Part shown: piece after piece, positions 1 through 8,481 of the stretch
How positions within the stretch are numbered: position 1 is the first letter of the stretch
Layout: each line of letters opens with the position of its first letter
Source of the DNA: a virus
Virus record (IMG/VR): IMGVR_UViG_3300028731_000007
Span: 6,062 to 70,061 of that record
DNA length: 64,000 bases
Direction: 5' to 3' (one strand)
The notes under the pieces: model-generated
The model's input: the letters and a program-made list of their open reading frames with translations, nothing else
What the model was told of the DNA's origin: nothing
The model's database searches: none
Position numbers and translations under genes: made by a program

Positions 1-2
1 AA

Positions 3-200
3 AAAGCGTTCATCACGTCTCAATTAGAGAATTTGAGACGCAATAGAAAACTCGTTCATCTGGTGACTAATTGTCCACCACCGAACGAATTGAACGAATG
101 GAAAATCCCGAAGATTAAGCCAACAAATAAATGGTTAAGTCGCACCTATCACGAGTTCCATGCTATGTGCTGGCCTAAGTCTAAGGGACTCTTTGGTTGA
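3..200 (+). CDS. 3' end of a gene truncated by the window; probably the C-terminus of a 5'-3' exonuclease/flap endonuclease (PolI N-terminal/T5 D15-like)
   Basis: Frame open from 3 to TGA 198-200 (KAFITSQLENLRRNRKLVHLVTNCP...KGLFG*); L..N.KL..L.T..P resembles the C-terminal motif of this family; not in the ORF track. Confidence 0.45.
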   Translation, partial: KAFITSQLENLRRNRKLVHLVTNCPPPNELNEWKIPKIKPTNKWLSRTYHEFHAMCWPKSKGLFG

Positions 201-1073
201 TTACATATTGACACCCGAGCAGCCATCGCTAGCACCGGCACCCGCACGCAAGTTCCCAACCAGCGAACCTCCAACTGTAGTCACCCCGCTGGAGTAGGTG
301 TAAGTAGATGTTGCTTGTGTGCCGGATGAGATGTTTCCTAAAGCAAATATACCTAATGTCGAATTACCGGCAGCAGCCCCTTCGTTACTTGTTGAACTTA
401 GCGCTGTTCCCGCACCTACAGTATTGCCTGAGTAGGTGTATTTGTACGTAGTAGTGAGTGAGTCACCTCGCGCAAATATGCCGAACGTAGAATCCCCAAC
501 AGCAGTACCGCTATCAACGAATAAGGTAAGTGCGGTACCTGTCGCCACAGTGTTACCTGAATAGGTGTACACATCGGTAGAGGTGAACGTACCACCCTGA
601 GCAAACACACCCAAAGTTGCGTTACCCGCTGCACCTCCGTAGTTAGCAGCAAATGTTAGATTTGTGCCAGCCGTCGTCGCGTTAGTACCCCACGTGTACG
701 TATTGGTTACATGCCCGGAGCTACCTAAAGAAAACACTCCAACAGTAGAATTTCCTGCAGCGGCACCCCCGTTCACTGTGGCGGTAAGAGATGTTGCTGG
801 ACTGACTATAGAAGCATAGTAGCTGTAGTTATAGCTAACGGTGCTTAAAGCAAATATACCGTTCGTGCTAGTACCTGCCGCCGCACCAGCGGTGCCCCCA
901 GGACTTAAGGAACCACCGACAGCAGTTGTAGCTCCTGAGTAGAAATAGACATTGGTAACACTAGGTGCCTCAGTGCCCATTGCAAATACTGCCATGGTTT
1001 GTGGAACACCACGGTCTCCAGGGAGAAGCGAAGCACTAGCACTTGCCAACAAAAGAAGCATTATGTCATTCAT
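201..1073 (-). CDS. G/S/T-rich six-repeat protein, predicted 6-bladed beta-propeller; putative fibre-associated receptor-binding protein
   Basis: Six ~43-aa repeats (G[IV]FAxG...YTYSG..V..GT.L....GAAAGNST); abuts tail fibre stop; ATG 1073 preferred over TTG 1079. Confidence 0.6.
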   Translation of the reverse strand: MNDIMLLLLASASASLLPGDRGVPQTMAVFAMGTEAPSVTNVYFYSGATTAVGGSLSPGGTAGAAAGTSTNGIFALSTVSYNYSYYASIVSPATSLTATVNGGAAAGNSTVGVFSLGSSGHVTNTYTWGTNATTAGTNLTFAANYGGAAGNATLGVFAQGGTFTSTDVYTYSGNTVATGTALTLFVDSGTAVGDSTFGIFARGDSLTTTYKYTYSGNTVGAGTALSSTSNEGAAAGNSTLGIFALGNISSGTQATSTYTYSSGVTTVGGSLVGNLRAGAGASDGCSGVNM

Positions 1074-1075
1074 GT

Positions 1076-3748
1076 TCAAGCCTCGATGTTCAGACCAATT
1101 ACAAATACCATATAGGTCGAACTAGTCGTGTCGTAACGGACGGCCACCAAATCAACACCCGACGCGGTGAAAGTAGGTGCTGTTCCTCCATTTGCGAACT
1201 GAGTACCCGACGGCCAACTGATGGTCGACGAACCCCCGTTAGTTATCCGCAAGCAGATGATCTGTGATAGACCGGCAGCCAGCGTATTAGTGAAGGCAAA
1301 AGTCAAAGCCCCAGTCACAGTCAACGTCCATTCGGTAGCGGATACTAAGTTCAACGTCTGTGTACCCGACACTGAACCTAGAGCAACCACAGTGTAGCTG
1401 GAGGCCACCGTCTCTACACGTCCCGTAAACTGTGGGCTAGCAATTGGCGCACCGCCTACACCAGTCACGTCAGAAAGTTGCAACGTAACGGCACCTGTAC
1501 GAGTATTGAAGCTTGTAACAGAAGCTGAACTAAGTTCATTCAGAACAAACGCGCAGGTTGCTAATTGGGTGCTATTGGTTCCATTTGCTGCGGTTGGTGC
1601 CTGTGGAATTCCCGTGAATGTTGGGCTAATTAAGTTAGCAGGCGTATAAGTCAGTGCACCAGTTACGTCCGTAAAACTTAGGTTCACCGCACCTGTTCTG
1701 GAATTAAAACTAGTTACACCAGCACCACTAACCGCAGCAGTAACAAAAGCCGTCGTTGCTACCTGAGTTGTGTTGGTACCCGACGTAGCTGTTGGCGCTG
1801 TTGGAACTCCGGTTAACGCCGGACTAGCTAGAAGTGCACCGCCAGCGCCTGTGATATCTGAAGCTTCAAAAGTAATGGCCCCGGTTCTTGAGTTAAAACT
1901 TGTTACTCCAGCTGATGCAGCAATAGCGGAAGTAACAAAAGCTGTGGTCGCCAACTGAGTATTGTTGGTGCCCACCGTTGCCGTTGGTGCCGTAGGCGTA
2001 CCTGTGAACGCTGGACTAGCAATGTTGGCCGGAGTGTACGTTAGAGCCGTCGTTATATCTGAATTGGTTAGAGTTACTGCCCCTGTTCTCCCATTAAATG
2101 AAGTGACACCGGAACCGGCAATAGCAGAAGCAACAAAAGCAGTGGTTGCTAATTGATTCGTTGACGTGCCAGGCGTAGCCGTTGGAGCCGAAGGAACACC
2201 TGTAAATGTAGGGCTGGCTAGCAGTGCTCCACCTACACCAGAAATATCCGAGGCTAAAAAGGTGATAGCCCCTGTTCTTGAATTAAAAGAAGTAACAACA
2301 CCTGAGGCTAATGTGGCCTCGACAAAAGCGGTTGTTGCTATTTGTGTGGTCGAGGTACCCAGGCTTGCTGTCGGAGCTGTCGGTACACCAGTCAACGAAG
2401 GATTAGCCAACGGAGCATAACTGTTGGAAATAAATGCCGTCGTTGCTAGTTGCGTAGTGGACGTACCTGGACTAGCAGTTGGTGCCGTAGGAATCCCTGT
2501 AAATGCAGGACTAGCCAACAAGGCTCCACCAACACCCGTTAAATCGGAAACCAAGAAAGTCACTGCACCCGTTCTGGAATTGAAAGATGTGACTGTATTT
2601 AATCCCAATTCAGCTAGGACAAAGGCTGTGGTTGCGATCTGGGTATTGTTGGTGCCTAGACTTGCTGTAGGGGCCGCAGGAACGCCTGTAAATGTAGGGC
2701 TGGCTAACGGTGCGGGATTAAAACCCAAGGCCGTTGTGACGTCTCCTGACGCTAATACTATGGCCCCCGTTCTTGAATTAAAAGAAGTCACTGGCGAACT
2801 GGAAGCCGCTACATTCAACAGACCGCCAGAAGTAATGGTCAAGGTGTCACCAATCTGGACAACACCTAATTGCGTGGTTGTCGCTATTTGGGGACTAGGT
2901 GCCACACTAGTTGCGGTTCTTTCAAAGACCGAGAACAGGTCTCCAACAATTGGAGGACTCATTAAAGGGTTGACGAAACCCAGAGTCACGAAATTTCCAC
3001 TGATCACCGTTGTCTGAACATAGCGACAAATACTGTACAAGTTCCCGGTCACAAATTCCAGAATGACCTGACCTAGATACGAAGGGGTCATTGCTTCAAC
3101 GTAGTCGGACAGGGCAATAGTCACCGACTGTGTGTCGAACGAAGTGATGGTCGCCGTTGCTTGGTTAGCAAAATTGTAGGCATCGAAATTCCACAGGCCC
3201 GTCTGATTTGTGTAGGCTAGAAATGACGATTGATAATTCGTTATTCCGCTGATCACATAAGCATTAGGAGTTGCCTGGTTGCTCGGCGGTAAATAGTCAG
3301 GACTACCTAGAACAGCCATGCGGAACGCGTTATCGGACTCAGCGAATTGCAACCACATCGCGTAGTTTTGTCCCACCATCGATAGATAGCAGTCGATCCG
3401 GATAGAATTACCTGGCGGTGTAATTGCAGCTGCTAATTTGACTACCAATTCGTTACCAGCACCCAAAGCGAATAGTGTGCCGTCCTCAGTGAACAGTCCT
3501 ACTTCACCGAAAGAGAAAGGTCCGAGTTCAGCATTCAGGAACAAAGAATAAACAACTATGTTGGCTGTGACCGGTGTTGGCAAACTCGGTGTCATTGAGA
3601 ATACCAAGGATCCATGAATGTTGGTATCTGTTGCTTCAGGCACGTAATTAAAGGCAGATCCTAATTCGGCAGTAGTAATAGTGATAGGACCTGTATCCGC
3701 GTTTAGAAGAGCGGCACCCGCGTCCGTCAGTTGAAATAGAAAGCTCAT
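1076..3748 (-). CDS. Tail fibre protein 1 (890 aa)
   Basis: N-terminal ~280 aa paralogous to 3770-5644; seven VTSFNxRTGA/PTAxxGTxxTQxATTAFV repeats typical of phage fibres; beta-rich C-terminal tip domain. Confidence 0.85.
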   Translation of the reverse strand: MSFLFQLTDAGAALLNADTGPITITTAELGSAFNYVPEATDTNIHGSLVFSMTPSLPTPVTANIVVYSLFLNAELGPFSFGEVGLFTEDGTLFALGAGNELVVKLAAAITPPGNSIRIDCYLSMVGQNYAMWLQFAESDNAFRMAVLGSPDYLPPSNQATPNAYVISGITNYQSSFLAYTNQTGLWNFDAYNFANQATATITSFDTQSVTIALSDYVEAMTPSYLGQVILEFVTGNLYSICRYVQTTVISGNFVTLGFVNPLMSPPIVGDLFSVFERTATSVAPSPQIATTTQLGVVQIGDTLTITSGGLLNVAASSSPVTSFNSRTGAIVLASGDVTTALGFNPAPLASPTFTGVPAAPTASLGTNNTQIATTAFVLAELGLNTVTSFNSRTGAVTFLVSDLTGVGGALLASPAFTGIPTAPTASPGTSTTQLATTAFISNSYAPLANPSLTGVPTAPTASLGTSTTQIATTAFVEATLASGVVTSFNSRTGAITFLASDISGVGGALLASPTFTGVPSAPTATPGTSTNQLATTAFVASAIAGSGVTSFNGRTGAVTLTNSDITTALTYTPANIASPAFTGTPTAPTATVGTNNTQLATTAFVTSAIAASAGVTSFNSRTGAITFEASDITGAGGALLASPALTGVPTAPTATSGTNTTQVATTAFVTAAVSGAGVTSFNSRTGAVNLSFTDVTGALTYTPANLISPTFTGIPQAPTAANGTNSTQLATCAFVLNELSSASVTSFNTRTGAVTLQLSDVTGVGGAPIASPQFTGRVETVASSYTVVALGSVSGTQTLNLVSATEWTLTVTGALTFAFTNTLAAGLSQIICLRITNGGSSTISWPSGTQFANGGTAPTFTASGVDLVAVRYDTTSSTYMVFVIGLNIEA
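1420..2791 (-). repeat. Coding tandem repeat (~65 aa / ~195 nt units, 7 copies plus a half unit) in tail fibre 1
   Basis: VTSFN[SGT]RTGA occurs 7 times; units are of TALTYTP/TALGFNP type or TGVGGALL type. Confidence 0.9.
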
Positions 3749-3769
3749 TGCCTATCCTTTTAATTTATT

Positions 3770-5644
3770 TTAATAGCCGATGACAATCCAGGTGCAGTCT
3801 ACAACGGCGTGTGGCTCTATGGCCCCAGTAGTGCAGCTATATGGCGCTGTATAGACACCGATCTGCACAAGCGGATTACCGGATGTATATGCTGATACCG
3901 AACAGGAGAAACCAGATACTCCAACGTCGGAGGCGACCCCACCCAAGTAAGCTGTTGTGAACGCTATAGGAAGCGTCTGCACCACGACGTTCACACCAGC
4001 CGCTATAGTTGTCACACCCCACTGAATGATGAATGATTTACTGGAACCGCCTATCGGTATCTCGAAATACCCAGGATTACCAAACGAGCCGGTGAAGTCA
4101 GCCAAGGGCGCAAAGTTGCCGGAGATGGCAGCCAATGCAGCTGCGACAAAAGCAGTACTAGCAAGTTGAGTTGAATTTGTACCTGGATTTGCTGTTGGTG
4201 CTGACGGAACGCCCGTGAACGTAGGGCTGGCCAGTAGTGCTCCACCAGCACCCGTAATATCAGAACCAGTCAATGTCACAGCACCTGTGCGTGAATTAAA
4301 ACTAGTCACAGCTCCACTAACACTCAAAACACCAGCGCCAGTCACAGCTAGTCCTGAACCAACAGAAACAATTCCGGGGACACTAGTTGTAGCAATCGGA
4401 GGTAGCGGAACGACAACATTCCCTGAACCATCAGCGGCCACGCTGTTGACTTTTAATACAGGGCTAAAGCCAATATCTAATGTTCCGTCACCGGCAACCG
4501 TAATATGTCCATTCGATGAGGCCTTGACTCCACCCAACACAGACGTTGTGGCTATGGGCAAAACATAAGTTCCGGGCGCACCAATCAAACTAGAATATAG
4601 ACCCGTGGTTGCTACCGTAGCTAGACCCGGAATATCCGAGGCTACAAGTGCAACATTACCAACCTGACCGTTGACGGATATAACGGGGCACGAACTAGGG
4701 TTAATGTTTAACAGGCCCTGGCTAGTGACAATCAATGAAGTTCCGATCTGTACGGCCCCCAAGGAACTCGTGGTCGCAATCGGTAAATTAGGAATTGTGG
4801 TGGATAGTTGTTGACGTCCAAATACTGTAATTTGGTCACCCACTATTGGATAAATCATGAGTGGATTCACGAAACCCAGAGTCACGAAGTTTCCACTAAT
4901 AACAGCCGACGAAACATAACGACAAATACTATAGAGCGCACCTGTCACGAATTCAAGAATGACCTCACCTAAATATTCCGGATTCATGCCCGATACATAG
5001 GAGGCCAAAGGAATTGTTACACTAAAAGCATCGAAAGAAGTGATAGCTGCTGATGCTTGATTAGCGTAGGCATAGGCATCGAAATTCCACAGTCCAGTTT
5101 GATTTGTGTATGCTAGAAACGAGGACTGTGAACTGGTGACACCACTAATTATGTACGCATTGGGAGTAGCTTTATTGGACGGTGGCAAATAATCAGGACT
5201 ACCAAGAACCGCCATCTGAAATTGATTATTTGACTCTCCTAGCTGTAGCCACATTTCGTAGTTCTGACCCACCATCGATAGATAACAATCAATGCGAATT
5301 GAATTCCCAGGAAATCCTACGGACTGTGCTAATTTATAAATTAGAAGATTGGAAGCACCTAGTGCAAATAAGGTTCCATCACCAGTAAAGAATCCAACCT
5401 CACCAAAGTCAAATGGACCAACCTCGTAGTCCAAGTAAATAGAATAGCGAACAACGTTTGCTGTTGCAGCTACGGGCAAGCTAGGGGTAGTCTCGAAAAT
5501 TAGTGATCCATGAATGTTGGTATCCGAGGGCTGCGGAATGTAGTTAAAGGCCGATCCCAGTTCACAATTGGTAAGTACAATAGGTCCAGTATTAGCATTT
5601 AGAAGCGCGGCACCTGCCGTTGTAAGCTGAAGAACAAAACTCAT
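3770..5644 (-). CDS. Tail fibre protein 2 (624 aa)
   Basis: Same N-terminal anchor as fibre 1; PIATTSxLG repeats; one VTSFNSRTGA unit; C-terminal FIIQWG tip domain typical of fibres. Confidence 0.85.
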   Translation of the reverse strand: MSFVLQLTTAGAALLNANTGPIVLTNCELGSAFNYIPQPSDTNIHGSLIFETTPSLPVAATANVVRYSIYLDYEVGPFDFGEVGFFTGDGTLFALGASNLLIYKLAQSVGFPGNSIRIDCYLSMVGQNYEMWLQLGESNNQFQMAVLGSPDYLPPSNKATPNAYIISGVTSSQSSFLAYTNQTGLWNFDAYAYANQASAAITSFDAFSVTIPLASYVSGMNPEYLGEVILEFVTGALYSICRYVSSAVISGNFVTLGFVNPLMIYPIVGDQITVFGRQQLSTTIPNLPIATTSSLGAVQIGTSLIVTSQGLLNINPSSCPVISVNGQVGNVALVASDIPGLATVATTGLYSSLIGAPGTYVLPIATTSVLGGVKASSNGHITVAGDGTLDIGFSPVLKVNSVAADGSGNVVVPLPPIATTSVPGIVSVGSGLAVTGAGVLSVSGAVTSFNSRTGAVTLTGSDITGAGGALLASPTFTGVPSAPTANPGTNSTQLASTAFVAAALAAISGNFAPLADFTGSFGNPGYFEIPIGGSSKSFIIQWGVTTIAAGVNVVVQTLPIAFTTAYLGGVASDVGVSGFSCSVSAYTSGNPLVQIGVYTAPYSCTTGAIEPHAVVDCTWIVIGY

Positions 5645-5715
5645 GATTTGGCCTCGGGTTGAAATTTAATATTGCTTATATCCGTAAAATTGCGCATTTT
5701 CCTCAAAGGCTTTTA

Positions 5716-6615
5716 ATGACCCGTATACGCCCCCTATCATCACATTCAATTGGTTCTGACTTCGTTCAGGTCTACCGAGAGGCTATGGCTGAACAACTAG
5801 TAACCGACAAAAATACACCGCACAGGGTCTTGAACTTGCGTCCCTCACAAATGCCGTTCTGTCCTCTAAATTTCTTTATTCAGCATGCAGTTCGCGGCCT
5901 CTATAGAGACCTGGACATGAAGGGCACTTTCTATACGTCTGTAGGGACCACTGTTCATGAAGTACTTCAGAATTTTCTGTGCAGAAGCGGAAGACTACTA
6001 GCCGACTACTATTGTCGTGAATGTGATACCTGGCACCGCTTTTCATACGTCCATGAATGCTGTGAGTTTCCAACCGCGTACCATGAAGTCTCAATAAAGT
6101 GGGGAGGTGTGCAGGGGCACATCGATGCTGTCTACCAAGATAGAAAAGGGAAACTTTGGGTATTAGATTTCAAAACAACATCAATTGACGGAGCTGAGGC
6201 CAAGAAAAAAGATCCAGGGGTAGCCTACAGAGAGCAGATCGAGACTTACGCTGTATTGTTCGAACTTCAGTACGGCTTGCAAATCGAAGGAATCATGGAT
6301 GCCTTTATTATTCGTGACAATCCAGAAAAAGATCCCGTGATATGGGCACGTCCACTAACCGATGCACTAAGGTCCAAGGTAAAGACCCGGCTGAACAAAT
6401 ACAAACGTATGCACAGAGATGCGCTGGATGCAGAGACTGGCCCAGAAGTAGTAGCTTTGTTGAATTATGGACGTTGTGTTGATCCTTATTGCAAGGTCTG
6501 CAAGCTTAGCGATGCATCGTTGAGGACTCGTCTTAAGCACGCGTATCGAATGGGTAAAGCCAATGGCAACGTGCCGATCCGGGCAATGGCTAACCGTGCA
6601 TTGTCTAGTAAATAA
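5716..6615 (+). CDS. Cas4-like PD-(D/E)XK exonuclease (stand-alone)
   Basis: PSQMPFCP, GTTVHE, GHIDAV, LDFKTT, EQIETYA and C-terminal CxDPYCxxC Fe-S-type cysteines; ATG 5716 preferred to the track start 5659. Confidence 0.8.
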   Translation: MTRIRPLSSHSIGSDFVQVYREAMAEQLVTDKNTPHRVLNLRPSQMPFCPLNFFIQHAVRGLYRDLDMKGTFYTSVGTTVHEVLQNFLCRSGRLLADYYCRECDTWHRFSYVHECCEFPTAYHEVSIKWGGVQGHIDAVYQDRKGKLWVLDFKTTSIDGAEAKKKDPGVAYREQIETYAVLFELQYGLQIEGIMDAFIIRDNPEKDPVIWARPLTDALRSKVKTRLNKYKRMHRDALDAETGPEVVALLNYGRCVDPYCKVCKLSDASLRTRLKHAYRMGKANGNVPIRAMANRALSSK

Positions 6616-6667
6616 AGAGTGAGTTAATGATTGACACGTACACGTAAGATAGACTACGGAGAATGTC

Positions 6668-6856
6668 TTGGAACTACGCGAATTCATATTGCAGGAAAAG
6701 GAATTGCTAGACGGCTTTGCTTGGACCTACGCACAGCACATAAAGAAAGGAAAGGCCTTGACCAATATAAGGCCTGCAGAAGAATGGACCATATTATTAA
6801 CCGAATATTTGGAGACCCGAAAAGATGGCAATCAAAGACAAAGTGAAGCTGCCTGA
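6668..6856 (+). CDS. Hypothetical protein
   Basis: GGAG 5' of TTG; chosen over the overlapping 6631-6846 frame; overlaps next gene. Confidence 0.45.
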   Translation: MELREFILQEKELLDGFAWTYAQHIKKGKALTNIRPAEEWTILLTEYLETRKDGNQRQSEAA

Positions 6857-7073
6857 ACGTCAGCCTGAAAGCCTCACTGTAACAGTTTCAAGAACAGCTC
6901 AGATTCGGCAATTCGAACCTGTTCATGTGTCAGTGACTCAGGTCTATACCGTGGGCGACAGCATAAGTATTAGTTCATTGCGACGGACGGCCCTAGAGGC
7001 TATCGGCTCAGCAGTTGAGCAGGCAATTGACAAGGAGATTGACCGATACTCAACGCACGTAAGAGACGATTAA
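6825..7073 (+). CDS. Hypothetical protein
   Basis: ATG with GGAG upstream; tight packing with neighbours. Confidence 0.65.
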   Translation: MAIKDKVKLPERQPESLTVTVSRTAQIRQFEPVHVSVTQVYTVGDSISISSLRRTALEAIGSAVEQAIDKEIDRYSTHVRDD

Positions 7074-7074
7074 C

Positions 7075-7314
7075 ATGGGTCGCTACGATACGGTGTACTT
7101 TAATTGCCCCGCGTGCTCGGACCTCAATTCTGAGCAAACGAAAGTCGGAGCCTGCAAATTCGACGGTTATCCAATAACTGAAGTTCCAGCTGAAATTGCT
7201 AAATCCATTCTCAATGATTGGACCACCTGTTACTGCCAACACTGTGGAACCCACATCGTGTTCGGTCACATAGACAATCAAATAATCCCATTAGTTTGTA
7301 GAGAGCACGCATGA
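7075..7314 (+). CDS. Small zinc-ribbon protein
   Basis: CPAC and CQHC pairs; ATGA overlap with next gene. Confidence 0.65.
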   Translation: MGRYDTVYFNCPACSDLNSEQTKVGACKFDGYPITEVPAEIAKSILNDWTTCYCQHCGTHIVFGHIDNQIIPLVCREHA

Positions 7315-8465
7315 CCACAAAAAAAGTAGAAGACGTAGACTCCACAGATAATTCTAATAGACTGGCCCTCAAGTACAGGCCTCGCACGTTCGCACGAGTC
7401 CTAGGCCATGAGACGGTCGTGACCCGTCTTAGGGGCATGGTTGCCAAAGGCACACTGCCCTCTGTTATTGCATTCTTTGGGCCACCGTCAGCAGGCAAGA
7501 CAACGCTAGCCCGTGTTCTAGCCGCAGAATTCAATGGACGACCAGTCGAACAACAACCGTCGTTCAAAGAGTTAAATGCGGCAACTCAGCGTGGAATTGA
7601 TGATGTACGTGATCTAGAAAAACTCTCCAAGTTTAGACCCATGGACTGCAAGCAACGATTCATCGTTATCGATGAGGCCCAGCAGTTCATGAGCAATGCT
7701 GTGGCAGCGCAGGGATTGCTCAAGCCTATGGAGGAACCGGGGAAAAGCACAACTTGGATTATTTGTTCCATGGAGCCTGATAAGTTTCAGGGTTCTAAAG
7801 TCGGGCGTGCAATCCTTAGTAGAGCTACACAATTTGTGCTTAATCCACCTACAGCCTCGGACATGCTGAAACAGGCATTACGCATAGCCAAGGGTGAGTC
7901 CATGGACTATGTATTGACTGAAGACCGATCTATTCTGAAGGCTATCGTAAAGGCTAGCAATCAAGAACTGCGAGTAGTCGCCAACTTAATGGCCGACCTT
8001 CAGAATTACTACGATGGACTGGGGGTCAAGCCTAAGTTTCTTTCAGCCGAGAATGTCTCTGACGTCTTGGCCTCAACCGAAAGCTCAGATGACGAAGTAG
8101 CGTTGAAGTTCATGGTTGCTTTGTATTCTCTAAACTATAAGAAACTACAGCGAGCACTTTTAGACGTTACAGATGGTTTTGGTTTCATAAAAAAGATTTG
8201 TTGGTTATCCTCATTTATTCTAAATACTGAAGTCCTGGACGGTGTACGACATTCGAAAGTTTGGTCCTCACCCTTAAATAAGAAACTGCATGTTCAAGTA
8301 AAGGCCATGAACACGAGTTTTGATTTGATAGCCCAAGTGAATGCAAAGCTGATCCAGGTCCAGGGTCTGTCCATGCAATTCCAGGTCCAGGCCACCGAGC
8401 TTTTATCCTCCGAATTGTATGGGTTTATTAAGAGTGTTTGCTATCGTGATCGTGAAGTTAAATAA
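7311..8465 (+). CDS. dnaX: DNA polymerase III gamma/tau-like clamp loader ATPase
   Basis: LALKYRPRTF..V.GHE, Walker A GPPSAGKTT, ELNAA, Walker B IDEAQ, AILSRA (SRC variant); lacks the bacterial Zn module and tau C-terminus. Confidence 0.9.
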   Translation: MTTKKVEDVDSTDNSNRLALKYRPRTFARVLGHETVVTRLRGMVAKGTLPSVIAFFGPPSAGKTTLARVLAAEFNGRPVEQQPSFKELNAATQRGIDDVRDLEKLSKFRPMDCKQRFIVIDEAQQFMSNAVAAQGLLKPMEEPGKSTTWIICSMEPDKFQGSKVGRAILSRATQFVLNPPTASDMLKQALRIAKGESMDYVLTEDRSILKAIVKASNQELRVVANLMADLQNYYDGLGVKPKFLSAENVSDVLASTESSDDEVALKFMVALYSLNYKKLQRALLDVTDGFGFIKKICWLSSFILNTEVLDGVRHSKVWSSPLNKKLHVQVKAMNTSFDLIAQVNAKLIQVQGLSMQFQVQATELLSSELYGFIKSVCYRDREVK

Positions 8466-8481
8466 CAGCAATAGGTAACAT

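Noticed and set aside
16-40. 8-bp hairpin CGTCTCAA/TTGAGACG
   Set aside because: Lies within a coding frame, no U-tract; likely chance
1770-3017. Long plus-strand ORFs opposite the fibre repeats (also 4215-4568, 34750-38310 and others)
   Set aside because: Antisense shadows of biased-codon genes; no RBS or independent protein features
201-5644. Possible diversity-generating retroelement or invertible fibre cassette
   Set aside because: No reverse transcriptase, no TR/VR pair with adenine-specific mismatches, no invertase or flanking inverted sites
5716-6615. Cas4-like gene suggesting a CRISPR system
   Set aside because: No repeat-spacer array or other cas genes in the window; stand-alone Cas4-like nucleases are common in phages
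8189-8195. A-AAA-AAG slippery heptamer in the dnaX-like gene, as in the E. coli gamma/tau frameshift
   Set aside because: No upstream SD-like element or downstream hairpin seen; a shift would truncate inside the collar domain, and the gene already lacks tau domains
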